Shown piece by piece: positions 13,650-27,808 of a stretch of 64,000 bases of DNA (position 1 is the stretch's first letter; each line of letters begins with the position of its first letter). Under the pieces are notes generated by a model. It was not told the origin of the DNA. It ran no database searches and was given only the letters and a program-made list of their open reading frames with translations. A program made the position numbers and the translations under genes. The DNA is from Octopus vulgaris (taxonomy: Eukaryota), in the NCBI GenBank assembly GCA_951406725.2, contig OX597836.1, positions 29,822,001 to 29,886,000 on the forward strand, read 5' to 3'.

Positions 13650-13753
13650 TTAAAAATGATCCACTAGCACCGACACGCTATTCTTTCCAACTTTGCCATG
13701 TGCTACACCGTCCATTCCAGCTAGGGTTAGATTCTGCCATTGAGTAGGATGAC
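13650..13753 (-). CDS. TJP1: Terminal coding exon of tight junction protein ZO-1/polychaetoid-like (end of ZU5 domain)
   Basis: ttttcag| then (G)HPTQWQNLTLAGMDGVAHGKVGKNSVSVLVDHF*. The VSVL(I/V)DHF end is the ZO-1 C-terminus. 104 nt, phase 1 entry. Confidence 0.93.
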
Positions 13754-14384
13754 CTGAAAATAAAATAAAATTGCACTCATTTAGATGTTACAAACAAGAA
13801 ATACTGGTAATATGTGTGTGTGTGTGTGTGTGAATATGAACATTTTATTCCTTTTAGAAAACTAACACAATTTGTTTATGACAACAAATAGGCCCAGATC
13901 AACTCTAAACAAACAGCTTTTTGTCAGTTTTGACAATGTGCAAAGAAATGAACAACTCTAGTGTTCAACTGGTATTTATTCGATCGACCCCCAAAAGGAT
14001 GAAAGGTAAAGCTGACCTTAGTGGAATTTGAACTCAGAACATAGGCAGGCGAAATGTTACAATTCTGCCAGCTTGTTGCCTTTGTTGAATCAATATTGGT
14101 TTCAAATTTTGGTACAAGGCCAACAATTTTGGGGGAAGTTCTAAGTTGTTTACATCAACCCCAGTGTTCAGCTGGTACTTATTCCCCCCCCCCGCCCCGG
14201 TAAAAATGAAAGGCAAAGTCAACCGTGGCAGAATTTGAACTCAGAACATAAGGGCAGATGCAATGCCACTAAACATTTTGCCTGGTGTGCTAACAATTCT
14301 GCCAGCTTGCCACCTTTGATTGAATCAATATTGATAGTATGGTTGGTGTTTTGACTACAATGATTTGAACCCTGATTATAGAGA

Positions 14385-14611
14385 TTAACCCTTTTGTTAC
14401 TGTATTTATTTTGAGATGCTGTGTTTCTTTCAATTACTTTAAATATAACAAAGAATTTAGTAAAATAACTTAGTCATCATTAAGCTAGTGTTAGGAGCAT
14501 AAATTGTGACTAAGGTTTGGTGGAAAATTTTAGTTCAAAACTTATGAAAATAAGACATTTGTATGATGGAGCTAGAGCCGGTTTCAGCTGGGCTGGTAAT
14601 GAAAGGGTTAA
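14385..14611. mobile_element. piggyBac-type MITE (family B)
   Basis: TTAA CCCTTTTGTTAC...GTAATGAAAGGG TTAA. A close copy in the opposite orientation lies at 62135-62362. Confidence 0.8.
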
Positions 14612-14809
14612 AGTAAATGCTACAAAGATTTGAGGCAAGTACTCCAGAAAGTCTCTTTTGTGTCAGTCATTAGACTCCAGCCATGCCTTGGAGGGATCTA
14701 GTTGAATGAATCACCCTTAATACTTATTTTTTTGAAGCCTGGTTCTTATTCTGTTAAGTCACAGGGACATAGACAAACCAACACCAGTTGCCACTTGGTG
14801 GTGAGGGAC

Positions 14810-14854
<45 letters not shown>

Positions 14855-16161
14855 TACACACTCACAATGGGCTTCTTTCAGTTTCCATATACCAAATCCA
14901 CTCACAAGGTTTTAGTCAACTTGGGGCTAGAGTAAAAGGCAGTTGTCTTGCAGTGGGACTGAACCCAGAGCCATATGGTTGAGAAGGAAACTTCTAAGCA
15001 CGCATACACACACACAGATGTATGATTGACACAAGAAAGACCCTGTTAATAAATTTGAATCCTTGTCGTTTAGAGCCTTGTCAGCCCTAATCCAAAAAAG
15101 GCATAGTGCTTCTCTGTTAAGTAAGTAGCTTCATCTGAGATATTGCATCTGAGTAATATCCCATGGCACTTAACTTTTTTAAACGAGAAGGTATCACTTA
15201 AGTAGAATCACTGTCATTTAATGTCCACTTTTCCATGCTTGCATGGGTTGGACAGAATTTATTTGAAGCAGATTTTCTAGTCAGATGCTCTTCCTGTTGC
15301 CATCCCTCATCTCTTTGCATGCAACATTTTTCCTGCAGATATTGGGACAAGGAGATACAAACACGCACACATACATATATGATAAGTATCTTTCAGTTTC
15401 TGTCTACCAAATCTACACTCAAGACTTCCATCAACCCAAAACTATAGTGGCAAACTCTTGCCCAAGTTGTCGTGCAGTAGGACGGAACAGGGGACTGTGC
15501 AGTTGGGAAGCAAAAGTGTTGCCACACGGCCATGCCTGCTAATTTCTAAGACATTTGTCCAGAGTTGCTGTGTATTGGATTGATTCCAGAGCCACGTAGT
15601 TGCCAAGCAAGAATTCTTCTTAAACACAACACTGCCTGTACCTAAAGCAATATCTGCAGTAGATGGTAGATAAGTTGTGCTGTAGATTTCTATCAAAAGG
15701 CTTGGTCAGTGTAAATAGAGAGACATAGCAAGTGAGAGTCAAGGTTTTTGGTTGTGTGAAGTAAAAGTTACAAAATAGTTTGATATGTTTGACGAATTGG
15801 TGGTGAGGAAGATGGATTTTTTTTTTTTTTTTTTAAAAACAGGGTGCCCTTCTTATCAGCTCTCACCTATTTCCAGGTAAGGTAATATTTCCCCATGTCC
15901 AGATATGTTTTTCACAGAAAATTAGAAACAAACACAGTGTGTATGACGATGAGGCAAACTCAAAACACATATACAAGCGTGTGTGTATATATATATATTT
16001 ATATATATAATGGGCTTTTTTCCGTTTCCATTCACAAGGCTTTTTTGTTCACCCAGCGCTATAGTTGACACTTGCCCAAGATATGTGGGTTCATCCCAGT
16101 GTGTGGAATTGAACCGACATACATGGTTAAGAAGTAAACTTCTCAACTACCCAGCCATATT

Positions 16162-16196
<35 letters not shown>

Positions 16197-16249
16197 GTAT
16201 ATATATATATACATATATGTATATATATATATGTATATATATATATACA

Positions 16250-16287
<38 letters not shown>

Positions 16288-16963
16288 TGTATATATATAT
16301 ATATATATATATAACATCGGTGGCGTGGAGAGGGGAGGCTGGTATGCATGGGCAACTGCTGGCCTTCCATAAACAACCTTGCTCGGACTTGTGCTTCAGA
16401 GGGTAACTTTCTAGGTGCAATCCCATGGTCATTCATGACCGAAGGGGGTCACAACACACACACATATAGCTTGAGATATGACTTTTGTTACTCAAGAAAT
16501 AAGCATTCCTGGTAGTCACACATATGCAACTTTATAACATATACTGTGTCACAACTATTCTACCTGAGGTGTGCATGTGACTGAGGAATACTCAGTCACT
16601 TAGACAATCCAGTGAGCATTGTAGTAGTTCTGACAATCACGCAACTGTGATAATCGCTGAAGCCCAACGTCAGCCAGATCTATTATTCAGTTTAAACAGT
16701 CAAAACCAACACTCGTGTGATCTATTTTGTTTAAATAGACCAAAATTAACTCAGTAATTTAGAAATTAAACCAACACTCATCGTTCATTTAGTGATTAAA
16801 ATCTATCTATTATGTAAGCAAGGCTGCTGTTGCTGCTAAGATTCTAAACTACTGACCACATTGTTGTAAGTTCAAACTTTACAACCATTGTCTCATTGGG
16901 AAAGACAGACATTCCAGCTGTGGCCATCTTGTCTTTGTAAGGGTATCTCAAGACATTATCCAA

Positions 16964-17264
16964 TGTGTTATTTTTCTTTCCCAAGAGATTTGGGTCCAGT
17001 TTGAGGAAATTTTGGCTGCTATCTCTAGCTGGTTGAATGGATTGTTTTTCTTTCCCAAGAGAGCTGGGTGTGGTTTGAGGGAGATTTGACTGTTATCTCC
17101 CTCAATGTTGAATGTGTTTTCTTTTTTCCTTTCCCAAGAGATCTGGGTACAGTTTGAGGGAGATTTTGCTGTTATCTCCTGCAAGTTGAATGTGTTTTTT
17201 TCTTTTCCAAGCAAGCTGGGTGTGATCTGAGGTAGGTTTAGCTGTTATCTCTAGCAGGTTGAAT
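16964..17264. repeat. Degenerate tandem repeat, ~75-bp unit x4
   Basis: Recurrent tttcccaagagatctggg..gtttgagggagattt.gctgttatctc...gttgaat. The unit is a segment of an interspersed repeat seen elsewhere (e.g. about 1340, 5480, 150-190). Confidence 0.8.
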
Positions 17265-17744
17265 ATATGTAAAGGCTCCCTCATAAATTTCTTTCATGGG
17301 ATAGTGCTAAGACCATTTTTATGCCCATTTTTCCTGACTGGCAGGGGCTGGACACGACTTTTCTGAGGGAGTGATTTATGGCCAGGCACCCCGCATGTTG
17401 ACTTTTATTATACAACACCAAATTGACCCCATTACTTATTCTATCAGTCTCTTTTGTCAAATGCCTAAGCTACAAGGATGTAAACAAACCAACACTGTCA
17501 AGCAGTGGGGTAGGTAGACAAACAAACAAACAAACACACACATGCTGAACTTCCTCAGTTTCCATTTAACTAATTCATTGACAAAGTAATGGTTAGCCCA
17601 TGGCTAAAGTAGAAGACACCAGCTCATGGTGCTGTGCAGTGGGACTGAACCTAGAACCACATGGTTGCAAGTGAACCTGTTAAACACAGAGACATTCTGA
17701 AACATTTCTAAAGGACAAAATGATAATGATGATGATGACAATAC

Positions 17745-17888
17745 CTGTAGGAGAATCACTTGATTTGAGAGCAAAGGACCAGCTGTCGGGGTTAACGGAA
17801 GCACAATGGGGCAAGCGCAGTTCAACAGGTTGATTGAATTTCAGTCCATGTGGACCACACATCACCAGGGGACTCAGTAGGGTTTCAC
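17745..17888 (-). CDS. TJP1: ZO-1-like ZU5 domain exon
   Basis: ttacag| GETLLSPLVMCGPHGLKFNQPVELRLPHCASVNPDSWSFALKSSDSPTG |gtattg. 144 nt, phase 1-1. Matches the ZO-1 ZU5 motif GETLLSPLVMCGPHGLKF. Confidence 0.96.
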
Positions 17889-19468
17889 CTGTAAAATAAT
17901 TAGAAAGAGTGAAAGAGAGAGAGAGAGAGATTAACAGATTGAAATGTGACTTGGCCACATCTGGGACCTATCTATGTCTGGGATTCAGCAATGTCTGCTA
18001 GGACCCAGCTTTATTTTTGTATCTTTCACTTGTTTGCAGCCATACTAAGACCCTGAACAAACCAACTCCTGTACTTATTTCTTAAAATCTGCTATTTATT
18101 CTATTGGTCAACTTTTTTTTTCTTTTTGCTGAACTGCTAAGTTACAGGGATGTAAACAGACCGACATCAGTTGTCAAGTGGTGATGGAGAACAAACACAA
18201 AGTCACACATTATTGATGGGCTTCTTTCAGGTTTCCATCAACCAAATCCTCTCACAAGTCTTAGGTCAGCCTGAGCTTATAGTAGAAGACACTTGCCCAA
18301 GGTGCCATGCAGTGGGACTGAACCTGAAACCATGTGGTTGGGAAGCAAACTTCTTACCACACAGCCATGCCTGTGCTTACAATTGAATGAACTGTTGAGC
18401 AATGATGGAAATCTCTCAAACCATGCTATCCTTGATATTGCTACACATATTGAAGGAGTCATAGAGAGAGCTTCTACATGGTTGCAAGATGTGCTAGAAA
18501 TAGTGTCCGAATCTCAATTAAAATACACCTTACTGTTTCCAAAAGCAGAAGCATATATTTAATAATCTAGTCCTAGATACATCTTCAGATAAGACTGGGC
18601 AACAGATTAAGGACACTAGCCAAGCACAGAGTTACTACACAGTTATCATTCACCAAATTTTAACACACAAGACATTGGTCAGTGTAAGGTTATAGAAGAC
18701 ATTTGCTGAAAGTGCTGTATACTGGGTTAGAACCAAGGAACCTCATGACTGCAAAGTGAAGTTCTTCATCATAGCCATGCCTGTGCTAATATCTATTTAT
18801 TTATTAAGGTTGCGAGCTGACAGAAACATTAGCATGCTGGGTGAAATGCTTAGCGGTATTTCATCTGTCTTTACATTCCGAGTTCAAATTCCGCCATGGT
18901 TGACTTTTCCTTTCATCCTTTCAGGGCTGATAAATTAAGTACCAGTTGTGTACTGGGGGTCGATCTAATCGACTGGCCCCCTTCCCCAAAATTTCGGGCC
19001 TTGTGCCTAGAGTAGAAAAGAATATTTATTTATTTATTTTGTACCTTAAGCTTTAAGATTCATAAAGCTAGTTATTTGGTTCCCATGCATACAAGAGGCT
19101 GAAATCATAATATTTTTGCTGAATGGGATACCAGTCCCTTGCAGGGTTCTAAAGTCAGGCAATTTTGATGATAGGAAGGGCATCCAGCTGTTGAAACCAA
19201 ACCGAAACAGACAATGGATCCTGGTGTGGCCAGTAATGGAAATGGAGCTTAAATGATGATGAGTGAATTGATTGCATCAACCCCATTACTTGACTGGATT
19301 TTTTTATTTTATTGACCCTGAAGAGACAAAAGTCAAAGCTGACCATGGCAGGATTTGAACTAAGAATGTGAAGAGCCAGGAGACATGATGCTCAAGCATT
19401 TTGTCTTATGTGTAAATGGTTCTGTCAGCTCACTGCCCTTCCCATGCCAATATTTGTATAGAATAAAG

Positions 19469-19665
19469 CAGCGGTTTTCAATTATAGACCCCAGGGCCAC
19501 ATGGGGCCCTCAAGCATCCTTCTAGCAGCCCCCAACAGCCTTTCCTCTATAAATATTATAATTTTTTCTTTAATTGATTTGTGTTCTACTTTTTTGAGCG
19601 CAGCCCCCTAAAAAAATCCAAGTTTGGGATTCTGACCCAGATGTTAAAAACTTTAAGAATCACTG
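19469..19665. mobile_element. hAT-like MITE
   Basis: CAGCGGTTTTCAA...TTAAGAATCACTG imperfect TIRs of the CAGTGGTTCTCAA type. Confidence 0.55.
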
Positions 19666-20473
19666 GTATTAAATCATAACAGTTGAAGTTCAGAAATTAA
19701 AATGCTGTGGAATATTTTTCAGAACAAAAATATTAATAAATTCAAAGCGCCAATGGCAACAAACGAATAATCCTGACATTTTTGTAGTTTTTGAAATTAT
19801 GAATTAAATATCAAAATTTTTATTTCGGCCAAAATTTCATTAAAATTTTTTTAAACTAACAAAAAATAAAATGAATATAAAAATATAAAAACTGTTATAT
19901 TTACTTTGTGTTTACTTCTTGGGATGTCGCCTCAAAAATAAATGCTTTTTTTTATATCTTTTACTTGTTTCAGTCATTGGACTGTGGCCATGCTGGGGCA
20001 CTGACTGAAGGGTTTAGTTGAACAAATCAACCCCAGTACTTTCTTTTCTTTTTTTCAAGTGCGGTACTTATTCTATCAGTTTCTTTTGCTGAACTGCTAA
20101 GTTATAGGAATGTAAAACAAGCCAACACCAGTTGTCAAGAAGTAGTGGGGGACAAACACTAACACACACAGTTTCTGGCTACCAAATCCACTTACAAGGC
20201 TTTGGTCCAAAGATATAGTAGAAGACATTTACCCAAGGTGCCATGCAGTGGGACTGAACCTGGAACCATGTGATTGGGAAGCAAACTTCTTACCACACAA
20301 ACACACCTGAATAATGAAATCAAAGAGTTGTATCTCTTTCAGATGGCTTCAAATGGCTCTTAGACAATACTCTTATTCCATTTTCAGCACTTTGTCTCAG
20401 ATAAAGTTATTTATTTAGATAAACACATGTTGAAAAAAAAAAAGAACAATATTATTTTATTTTGGTTACCAAC

Positions 20474-20584
20474 CTTTTTCCTTATCGAGAGGTGGGAGAA
20501 TGCTGTTGTCTTGGCACACGTTGAAGTAGATCTCTTGATCGGCTCCTTCTGGTAGAGCACCTTTTGGTATGAAGATACTCACCC
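20474..20584 (-). CDS. TJP1: ZO-1-like ZU5 domain exon
   Basis: ttttacag| GVSIFIPKGALPEGADQEIYFNVCQDNSILPPLDKEKG |gttggt. 111 nt, phase 1-1. Matches ZO-1 GVSIxIPxGAxPEGxxQEIYFxVCxDNSILPPLDKEKG. Confidence 0.96.
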
Positions 20585-21187
20585 CTGTAAAAGAACATTC
20601 ACACAAATTACTAAGATTAGTCGTGAATGTGTGTGTGTGTGTGGCCAAGTGGTTAGGGTGTTACACTCACAAGCACGAGATCATAGTTTCAATTCCTAGA
20701 CCGGGTGGTGTGTTGTGCTCTTAAGCAAACTTCATCTCATGTTTGCTCTCTGATCACTTTGACACCTGATGTGTGGTACACTGTACATCTGTTCAGGCAA
20801 TGTCGAATTGATAGAGAGAGTGAGCTAATGCAGAGCATGAACATTTGATCACTATAAGCAAATCGTTTGTGCAGGTCACTTGGCAAAAGCTGAATGTTCA
20901 TATGTTGCCTTCGATGGGAGAGTCCATCATATATATTGATATTTATCATCATCATTTAACGTCCGTCCTCCATGCATGCACAAGTAGGATGGTTGACAGG
21001 AGCCAGCCAGATAGAAGACTACCCTAGGCCTCTGTGTCTATTTTGGCAGGGTTTTTACAGCTGGATGCCCTTCATAACACCAACCACTCTGCAGAGTGGC
21101 GCTAGCACAGGTGAGGTTAGTTTTGGCATGATTTTTACAGCTGGATGCCCTTCCAAATGCCAACCATTTTACAGTGTGGACTGGATG

Positions 21188-21227
<40 letters not shown>

Positions 21228-21619
21228 CTATTGACTAAACTGTCAAATGTACCACTGGTCACAATGTGCTTCTTTGTCTTGTAGCCTTCAAATTATACCA
21301 TCCAGCTGGCTAGCGGGGCAGACCAACATTCCTCCTGATCTGTCACAGAATTATCTGTTTACTGCTGAATGGACTGGTGCAACATGAAATGAAGTATTTC
21401 GCTCGAGATCACAATGCACCACCAGTCTGGGAATCGAAACCACAATCTTGGAATTGTGAACGCATCACCCGAACCACTAGGCCACGTGTCTTATATATGC
21501 ATGTAAGTAATCTTACTGAAGCTGCATGTTTTGAGAACATCCTTGATCTCTGATGTGAAATGAAGGCAGCACAACATAACATATTAAACAAGTATCAGCT
21601 AAGGGAAAACTAAAGAAAT

Positions 21620-21990
21620 TCATCATTATCATCATCGTTTAACATCCGCTTTCCATGCTAGCATGGGTTGGACAGTTTGACTGAGGACTGGCGAACCAGA
21701 TGGCTGTGCCAGGCTCCAATCTGATCTGGCAGAGTTTCTACAGCTGGATGCTCTTCCTGACACCAACCACTCCAAGAGTGCAGTGGGTGCTTTTATGTGC
21801 CACCTGTATGAGGACCAGTCTGGCGGTACTGGCAACGGCCACGCTCGAAATGGTGTTTTTTATGTGCCACCTGCACAGGAGACAATCCAGTGGCACTGGG
21901 AACGACCTCGCTCGAATGTTTTTTTCACGTGCTAGTAAGGCGACACTGGTAACGATCACGCTCAGATGGTGCTTTTTACGTGCCCACCAG
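21620..21990 (-). mobile_element. (GAT)n-tailed retroposon 3' region with internal tandem ~60-bp subrepeats
   Basis: catcatcgtttaacatccgctttccatgctagcatgggttggac... Same family at 1-120, 23655-23778 and 58925. Internal repeats of the form ttttatgtgccacctg...ctggcaacg. Confidence 0.75.
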
Positions 21991-22263
21991 CTGCCCAAAA
22001 TGAATAACGCTGCGATGGACTGGTGTCCCATCCAGCTGGGGAACACATACGCCACAGAAACCGGGCCCATGACCCTGGCTAGGCTTTAAAAGGGTGCATT
22101 TATTTACATATATCTATCTATATATATATATAGAAAGAGAGAGGGAGGATAAATGGATGATAGCCGTATAACAGAAGACATGTAAACAGAAATGATTATG
22201 TTCAAAGATAGATAAAATATTAGTAAGGATAAAAGAAAAAAATTCGACAATGTTGAAACAAAC

Positions 22264-22349
22264 CTGTTACTTTTGATTCTAGAATTCCACCGTCATACCC
22301 AAACACTCCTTTAGCAGTTGCCAGGATAGTGTGTTTGCCGTCCATATTC
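22264..22349 (-). CDS. TJP1: ZO-1-like exon, start of ZU5 domain
   Basis: attccag| NMDGKHTILATAKGVFGYDGGILESKVTG |gtttgt. 86 nt, phase 2 in and phase 1 out. Similar to the ZO-1 HTVxATARGxFxxxGGxLxSxETG segment. Confidence 0.93.
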
Positions 22350-22703
22350 CTGGAATATAACAACATAGATATGAAGTAATTAAGTAGAAGAAATACTAAC
22401 ATAATTGTGAAATACTCACAAAGGAGAAGTACCACTCTTATAATAAATGCTGTTGTGTATTCACATATATTTTGTGTCACTCAAAGGAACATACTTGAAC
22501 AGTTTGTCTATGTTGACTGTCAAATGGATGCAGATGTGAGAGACTATGATATATTTCATGTGTGCTCTGAAACAGTAAAGTCCTATTCCTGGAGACTCTG
22601 AAATCTGGATTCCTATTGTTAATAACATGTATATATTTATATTTAGAAATATATGTAGCTTTCTACATTTTACCTTGGTTCTTAATACCGTTTTCAACAC
22701 ATT

Positions 22704-22921
22704 TTAACCCTTTTGATACCAGACTGCCTTTGACTCTATGACACAATCTCACTGTTTTAAAGTGATCTAAATTGTAATCTTCCATCAAAATTTTATGCTA
22801 ATTTGTTCCAGACACCAGCTTAATAATGAGGAAGTGATTTTACAAAATTCTTCGTCATTTTAAAAATTAATTGAAAAAAAGCCAGCATGTGTTGGCAGAA
22901 ATATGGTAACAAAAGGGTTAT
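22704..22921. mobile_element. piggyBac-type MITE (family B-related)
   Basis: TTAA CCCTTTTGATACC...GGTAACAAAAGGG TTA(T). Similar to 62559-62787. Confidence 0.75.
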
Positions 22922-25292
22922 TATGTTTCAGATACTGGACTGTGGCCATGCTGGGGCACTGCCATGAAGGGTTTAGTAGAACAAAGTCACCCTAGTACTT
23001 ACTTTTTTAAAGCATGGTAATTATTCTATCAGTCTCTTTTGCCTAATTGCTAAGTTGCAGGCATATAAACAAACTAACACCAATTAATTATCAAGCAGTG
23101 GTGGGGGACAAACACACAAAGTGTGTGTCTGTATATGTGTATAAATATACATATACATACACACATACACATCAGGATTCTTTCAGTTTCCATCTACTAT
23201 TTCAATTTTAGCCTGGTATTTTGTACACATTCAGGGTGTTCTTGATACCATTTGACATCAATCAAAGACAAAAGCAACAGAAGAAATACAGTGAAAATGT
23301 AAATATTGGAGTAAAGCTCATCTCTGAAAATAAGGTTAATGCCCTCTCGTAATCTTATTAGCTGTGTTATAATTACAAGTCTATACGTCTATAATTAATT
23401 AGAAAATGAGATAATTACATAGACTAAGACATTGCTAAAAGATGTGACTAAGTGGGATTATTATTATTGTTGTCATGAAACAAACTCTACAAATGATACT
23501 GTTTCCTGGCAGTAAATATATATTTATAACCAATGTTGTCAATGTTAATTTCAGTTATTGTGATCAAGAGTTTTCCAGCCATGACCATCCTGTTTTTTTT
23601 TTTTTCAGCCCCATATGTATGTAGGACAACATTATTTAACCTTTTAAACTTGTCATCATCATCATCATCGTTTAACGTCCGTTTTCCATGCTAGCATGGG
23701 TTGGACGGTTCGACCGGGGTCTGGGAAGCCAGGAGGCTGCACCAGGCTCCAGTCTGATCTGGCAGAGTTTCTACAGCTCATGTTTTTTGAATATTCTCCG
23801 TTTTACACTCTCACAGCTGCCCTACAATGTCATTCTAAAAACAAACACTCACATCATTGAAAGCTGAAAGCTACAGGACAATGCATGATGAACTCAAAAC
23901 AATGTGAATAAATAAGTAATATATTTGACAAAGAAATCTGAATGCCAAAGGTTTAAAGAAAGAGTGTGATTTGAAGGCTTTAGGCTGTCCTTTATAGCAG
24001 ATCAAGTAATCTTGTTGAGCAGGCATGTTGAGAAGTAGGCTGCATGAGACATGAGACATGGCTTATCATCAAGTGGGCCATACTATTAAAAGCAATTCAA
24101 AGTAATTTTTCAGTAGGCATTCAAAAAGCCCCAAGGGCTACAGTTTGCTCATAACTGTCGTAGAGGTCCATCCAGGTTTTGTAGTAACATATAGTTACCG
24201 TAAGCCTCTTATATAATCTGTACCTGGCTCCTAAAATTAAGAAGTTTTGTTTCTAAAGCCAATCAGCAATATATTCAATTATCCAATGTTAAAGAAAATA
24301 TAAAAAAAAAAAGTCAAAGGTAATCCAAGATAAACGAATATGCCAGCCATCTTTACTTTGATGTCAATTGCTTGAATATCTTAATACATTAAGACATTGA
24401 TTCATTGTTTTGACCAAACTACCAGATGTTGTTACACACTAGTGGCCACAACGTGCTTCCTGGCATTGTTGTAATTTTCAAGTAATGCCATTCTGCTGGT
24501 TTAGCAGACAGGCAGGAAGGAAGGCCAATATTTCCCTTGAATAGAATACCTGTGCATTACAGGGATGCTCATTTACAGCTGAGTGGACTGGAGTGTTTTG
24601 CCCAAGAGCACACTGTACTACTGGTCTGGAAATTGAAATCACAATTGCAAGTTTGTGAAAGCAACACCCGAACCATCATGTCACATGCTTTCACAAATAA
24701 AACATTGTAGGCTGGATAATTTGTTGCAAATAAGTTGAGGTCATAAAGATTTATAAACTTTGAAGAGAACATGAGATAATTCTTTTTTTTTCTTTTTGGA
24801 ATAGTGAATCTCAAAACACATTGAGCTATAAATAACAGCTTTCGACTTTTCTATCCTCCATTCCCCACCCCCAAAGGGGTCTTCACCCCCAATATTTACA
24901 TGCTATTATTTAGAGATTTATGTTCTTTGAGCTCCACAGTTTCAAAAAAAGAAAAAAATATATATGTGTGTGTGTGTACACTAAATTATTACATTCAATA
25001 TGCATGTATCAATATGCTAAGTTATAACATTCAGTACTGTATTATTAAAAGAGAAATTTCTAGCAAAGAAACATAACAAAATATTGAGAAGAGAAGCAGC
25101 ATTCTCAGAAAGAAGCATGCATTTAGTAGAAACATCAACAAGGTATGTAATAATACACCCACTCACACAGACACAGGCTAACACACACACATGTGCTGAT
25201 ATTCTTCTATCTCCCTTTCATGCTCATCATACAAGCACACATCACACATGGGAAGAAATATGGAAGTCAAAAGAGATATCATAAGCAACAAT

Positions 25293-25332
<40 letters not shown>

Positions 25333-25554
25333 GGGTAGAGTAACTATGAAGATGGACGTGCTGACATGCAAATAAATAATGCAGTTGTTTGCAGGTAGAA
25401 GGGGAAAAGAGATAAAACATAGATAATGAAAAAATAAAAAAAAAAAGTTTCATTGTTCAGAGTTCAAAAACAAAGGATTTTGTTTAGTTTTAAAGAATGG
25501 GAGGAAATGGATGGAGGGAGGGAGAGAATAAAATTTAAAAAAAAGTGAAGAACA

Positions 25555-25935
25555 GGCGCAGGAGTGGCTGTGTGGTAAGTAGCTTGCTAACCAACCACAT
25601 GGTTCCGGGTTCAGTCCCACTGTGTGGCATCTTGGGTAAGTGTCTTCTGCTATAGCCCCGGGCTGACCAATGCCTTGTGAGTGAATTTGGTAGACTTAAA
25701 CTGAAAGAAGCACGTCATATATATATGTATGTGTGTGTTCGTGTGTCTGTGTTTATCCCCCTAGTATTGCTTGACAACCGATGGTGTGTTTATGTCCCCC
25801 GTCACTTAGCGGTTCGGCAAAAGAGACCAATAGAATAAGTACTGGGCTTACAAAGAATAAGTCCCGGGGTCGATTTGCTCGACTAAAGGCGGTGCTCCAG
25901 CATGGCCGCAGTCAAATGACTGAAACAAGTAAAAG
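25555..25935 (+). mobile_element. tRNA-derived SINE, near full length
   Basis: Head GGCGCAGGAGTGGCTGTGTGGTAAG (A box) ...GGTTCAGTCCC (B box), central microsatellite, tail ...GCTCCAGCATGGCCGCAGTCAAATGACTGAAACAAGTAAAAG. Many degenerate copies (about 5785, 18160-, 19950-, 25955, 42380, 54960, 55490-). Confidence 0.88.
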
Positions 25936-26554
25936 AGAGATCTAAATATTGTATAGGTGCAAGTGTAGCTGGGTGGTTAAGAAGTTTGCTTCCCAACCAT
26001 GACATCTTGGGTTCAGTACAACTGCACAGCAGCTTGAGTAAAGTATCTTCTATAATAGCCCTGGGGCCATCCAAAAACCTCGTGAGTGGATTTAGTAGAC
26101 AGAAACTGAAAGCTGTCCATCGTGTGTGTGTATGTGTGTGTTTATCCTCACCACCACTAGTGTTGGTTTGTTTTGTCCCTCTAACTTAGCAGTTTGGCAA
26201 AAAGAGGCCTAAAGAATAAGTTACCAGGCTTAAAAATAAGTCCTGGGGTCAATTTGTTTGACTAAACCTCCAGCATGGTCATAGTGCAATGAATGAAAAG
26301 AGTAAAAATCAGGCTTTGAAGGATTACTTGGTACAATTATGATATTTATATTTATATTTTATTTCATTCAATTTTTTTTGATGATTTTAGCCACTGGACT
26401 GCAAGCCATACCAAGTTACTGTCTTAGAGAATTTTAACCAACTTCATCAATGATGCCAGTATTTTGCCTTTAAACTTATGTTCAACAAAGACAAAAAAAA
26501 AAAAAGTCAACTGGCTTCTGTCCTGTCTGGTCAACTCAAAACTACAGAAGAAGT

Positions 26555-26841
26555 GGAGGTACATGGCCTAGTGGTTAGAGCAGCGGACTTGCGGTCGAGG
26601 GATCGCGGGTTCGAATCTCAGACCGGACGATGTGTGTGTTTATGAGCAAAACACCCTAAGCTCCACGCGGCTCCGGCAGAAGGTAATGGCGAAACTTCTG
26701 CTGACTCTTTCCTCCAGCATCTTGCAGCTCACCTGCGACAGATCGGCGTCCTGTCAAGGTGGGGAACCTATATGCCAAGAAACCGGGAAACTGGCGCTTA
26801 TGAGCCAGGCATGGCTCGAGAAGGAACAAAACAAAAACAAC
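26555..26841 (+). mobile_element. tRNA-derived SINE, second family
   Basis: GGAGGTACATGGCCTAGTGGTTAGAGCAGCGGAC...GGGTTCGAATCTC tRNA-like head with a non-tRNA body and (AAAC)-like tail. Opposite-strand copy at 33959-34243. Confidence 0.85.
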
Positions 26842-27355
26842 AGAAGATATTTGTCCAAGGTGTCACACAATAGGATTGAACCTGTAACCACATGGTTGTG
26901 AAGGAAACTTTCTATTTTCTAAAATATTTTACACTGGATATAAATGTACTGCTTGACAAGTCCTGATAATGTTGACTTCTACTACATAATGTTGATTTCT
27001 CTCAAATTGTTTTCATATGTTGGTTACAAATAGATTATGACATTAAGTGTTGTTAAATTAATTACTCTCCACTTTTATCCAAACGATTGCGAAATTAAAA
27101 CGTAACAGTCCATTTTACATTACATGTCTTTCTAATTAAAATTTAGATTTTTGAAACATCTGTTATGAACATTAGTTACAGTAAATACATAATTATGAAA
27201 ACATTGTGAAACAAAAATACGGTTTAGTTTAAAGAAGTTTAAAGAAGTCTGGATTAGATAAAAGGTTGATAGGATTGGCTTATATTAGTGAATAACATTC
27301 AAATTACGCTGGTTATCATTTAAATAACAGTTTAACCGGAGAAAACTATCATGCA

Positions 27356-27401
<46 letters not shown>

Positions 27402-27502
27402 CATCTGTAGAAGTAGGAAGAAAACGAACATGCTTTCTAGAGTGACCTCCCTTGAGTTTTTCTTAATCTAAAGAGCAGGCAGCAAGCATCAGTGAATCTT
27501 AC

Positions 27503-27808
27503 CCATCTATTACTGTATCTGGGGTCGAAGCACTGCCAGAAGAAGCTGTGGGAGAACAGAGCGAGAGCACTTCTTTGGGCTCACTTTCCACGTTCTCCTT
27601 ACTATCATTAACAGGTTGGGAATGAGTTTCTAAAAGTGGGGTGTCACTCTCATCGTTGGGCTGGTCCCCTTCAGCAGTTTCGGTTTCACCGTTTGTTGTG
27701 ATGATGTTGGCTGCTTCCTTCTCCGCATCCATTTCAGACAACTCCAAGAGAGTCATGTCTAGCTCAGCTTGTAGTTGAGACAGCACTTCTTCCATAGACA
27801 GATTCTCA
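27503..27808 (-). CDS. TJP1: ZO-1-like acidic exon (likely cassette)
   Basis: ctctggcag|T GAG AAT CTG TCT ATG... to GAT GG|gtaaga. 306 nt, phase 2-2, stop-free, GC-richer than flanks. Reads ENLSMEEVLSQLQAELDMTLLELSEMDAEKE...TPDTVIDG. Confidence 0.78.

Noticed and set aside
16310-16450. HDV-like ribozyme in the GC-rich repeat (also about 39905-40112)
   Set aside because: The sequence resembles an RTE-related SINE segment, but I could not build the nested double pseudoknot by eye.
26555-26630. tRNA gene
   Set aside because: A/B boxes are present, but the sequence continues into a repeated SINE body with another copy at 33959-34243 and has no proper acceptor stem or terminator.
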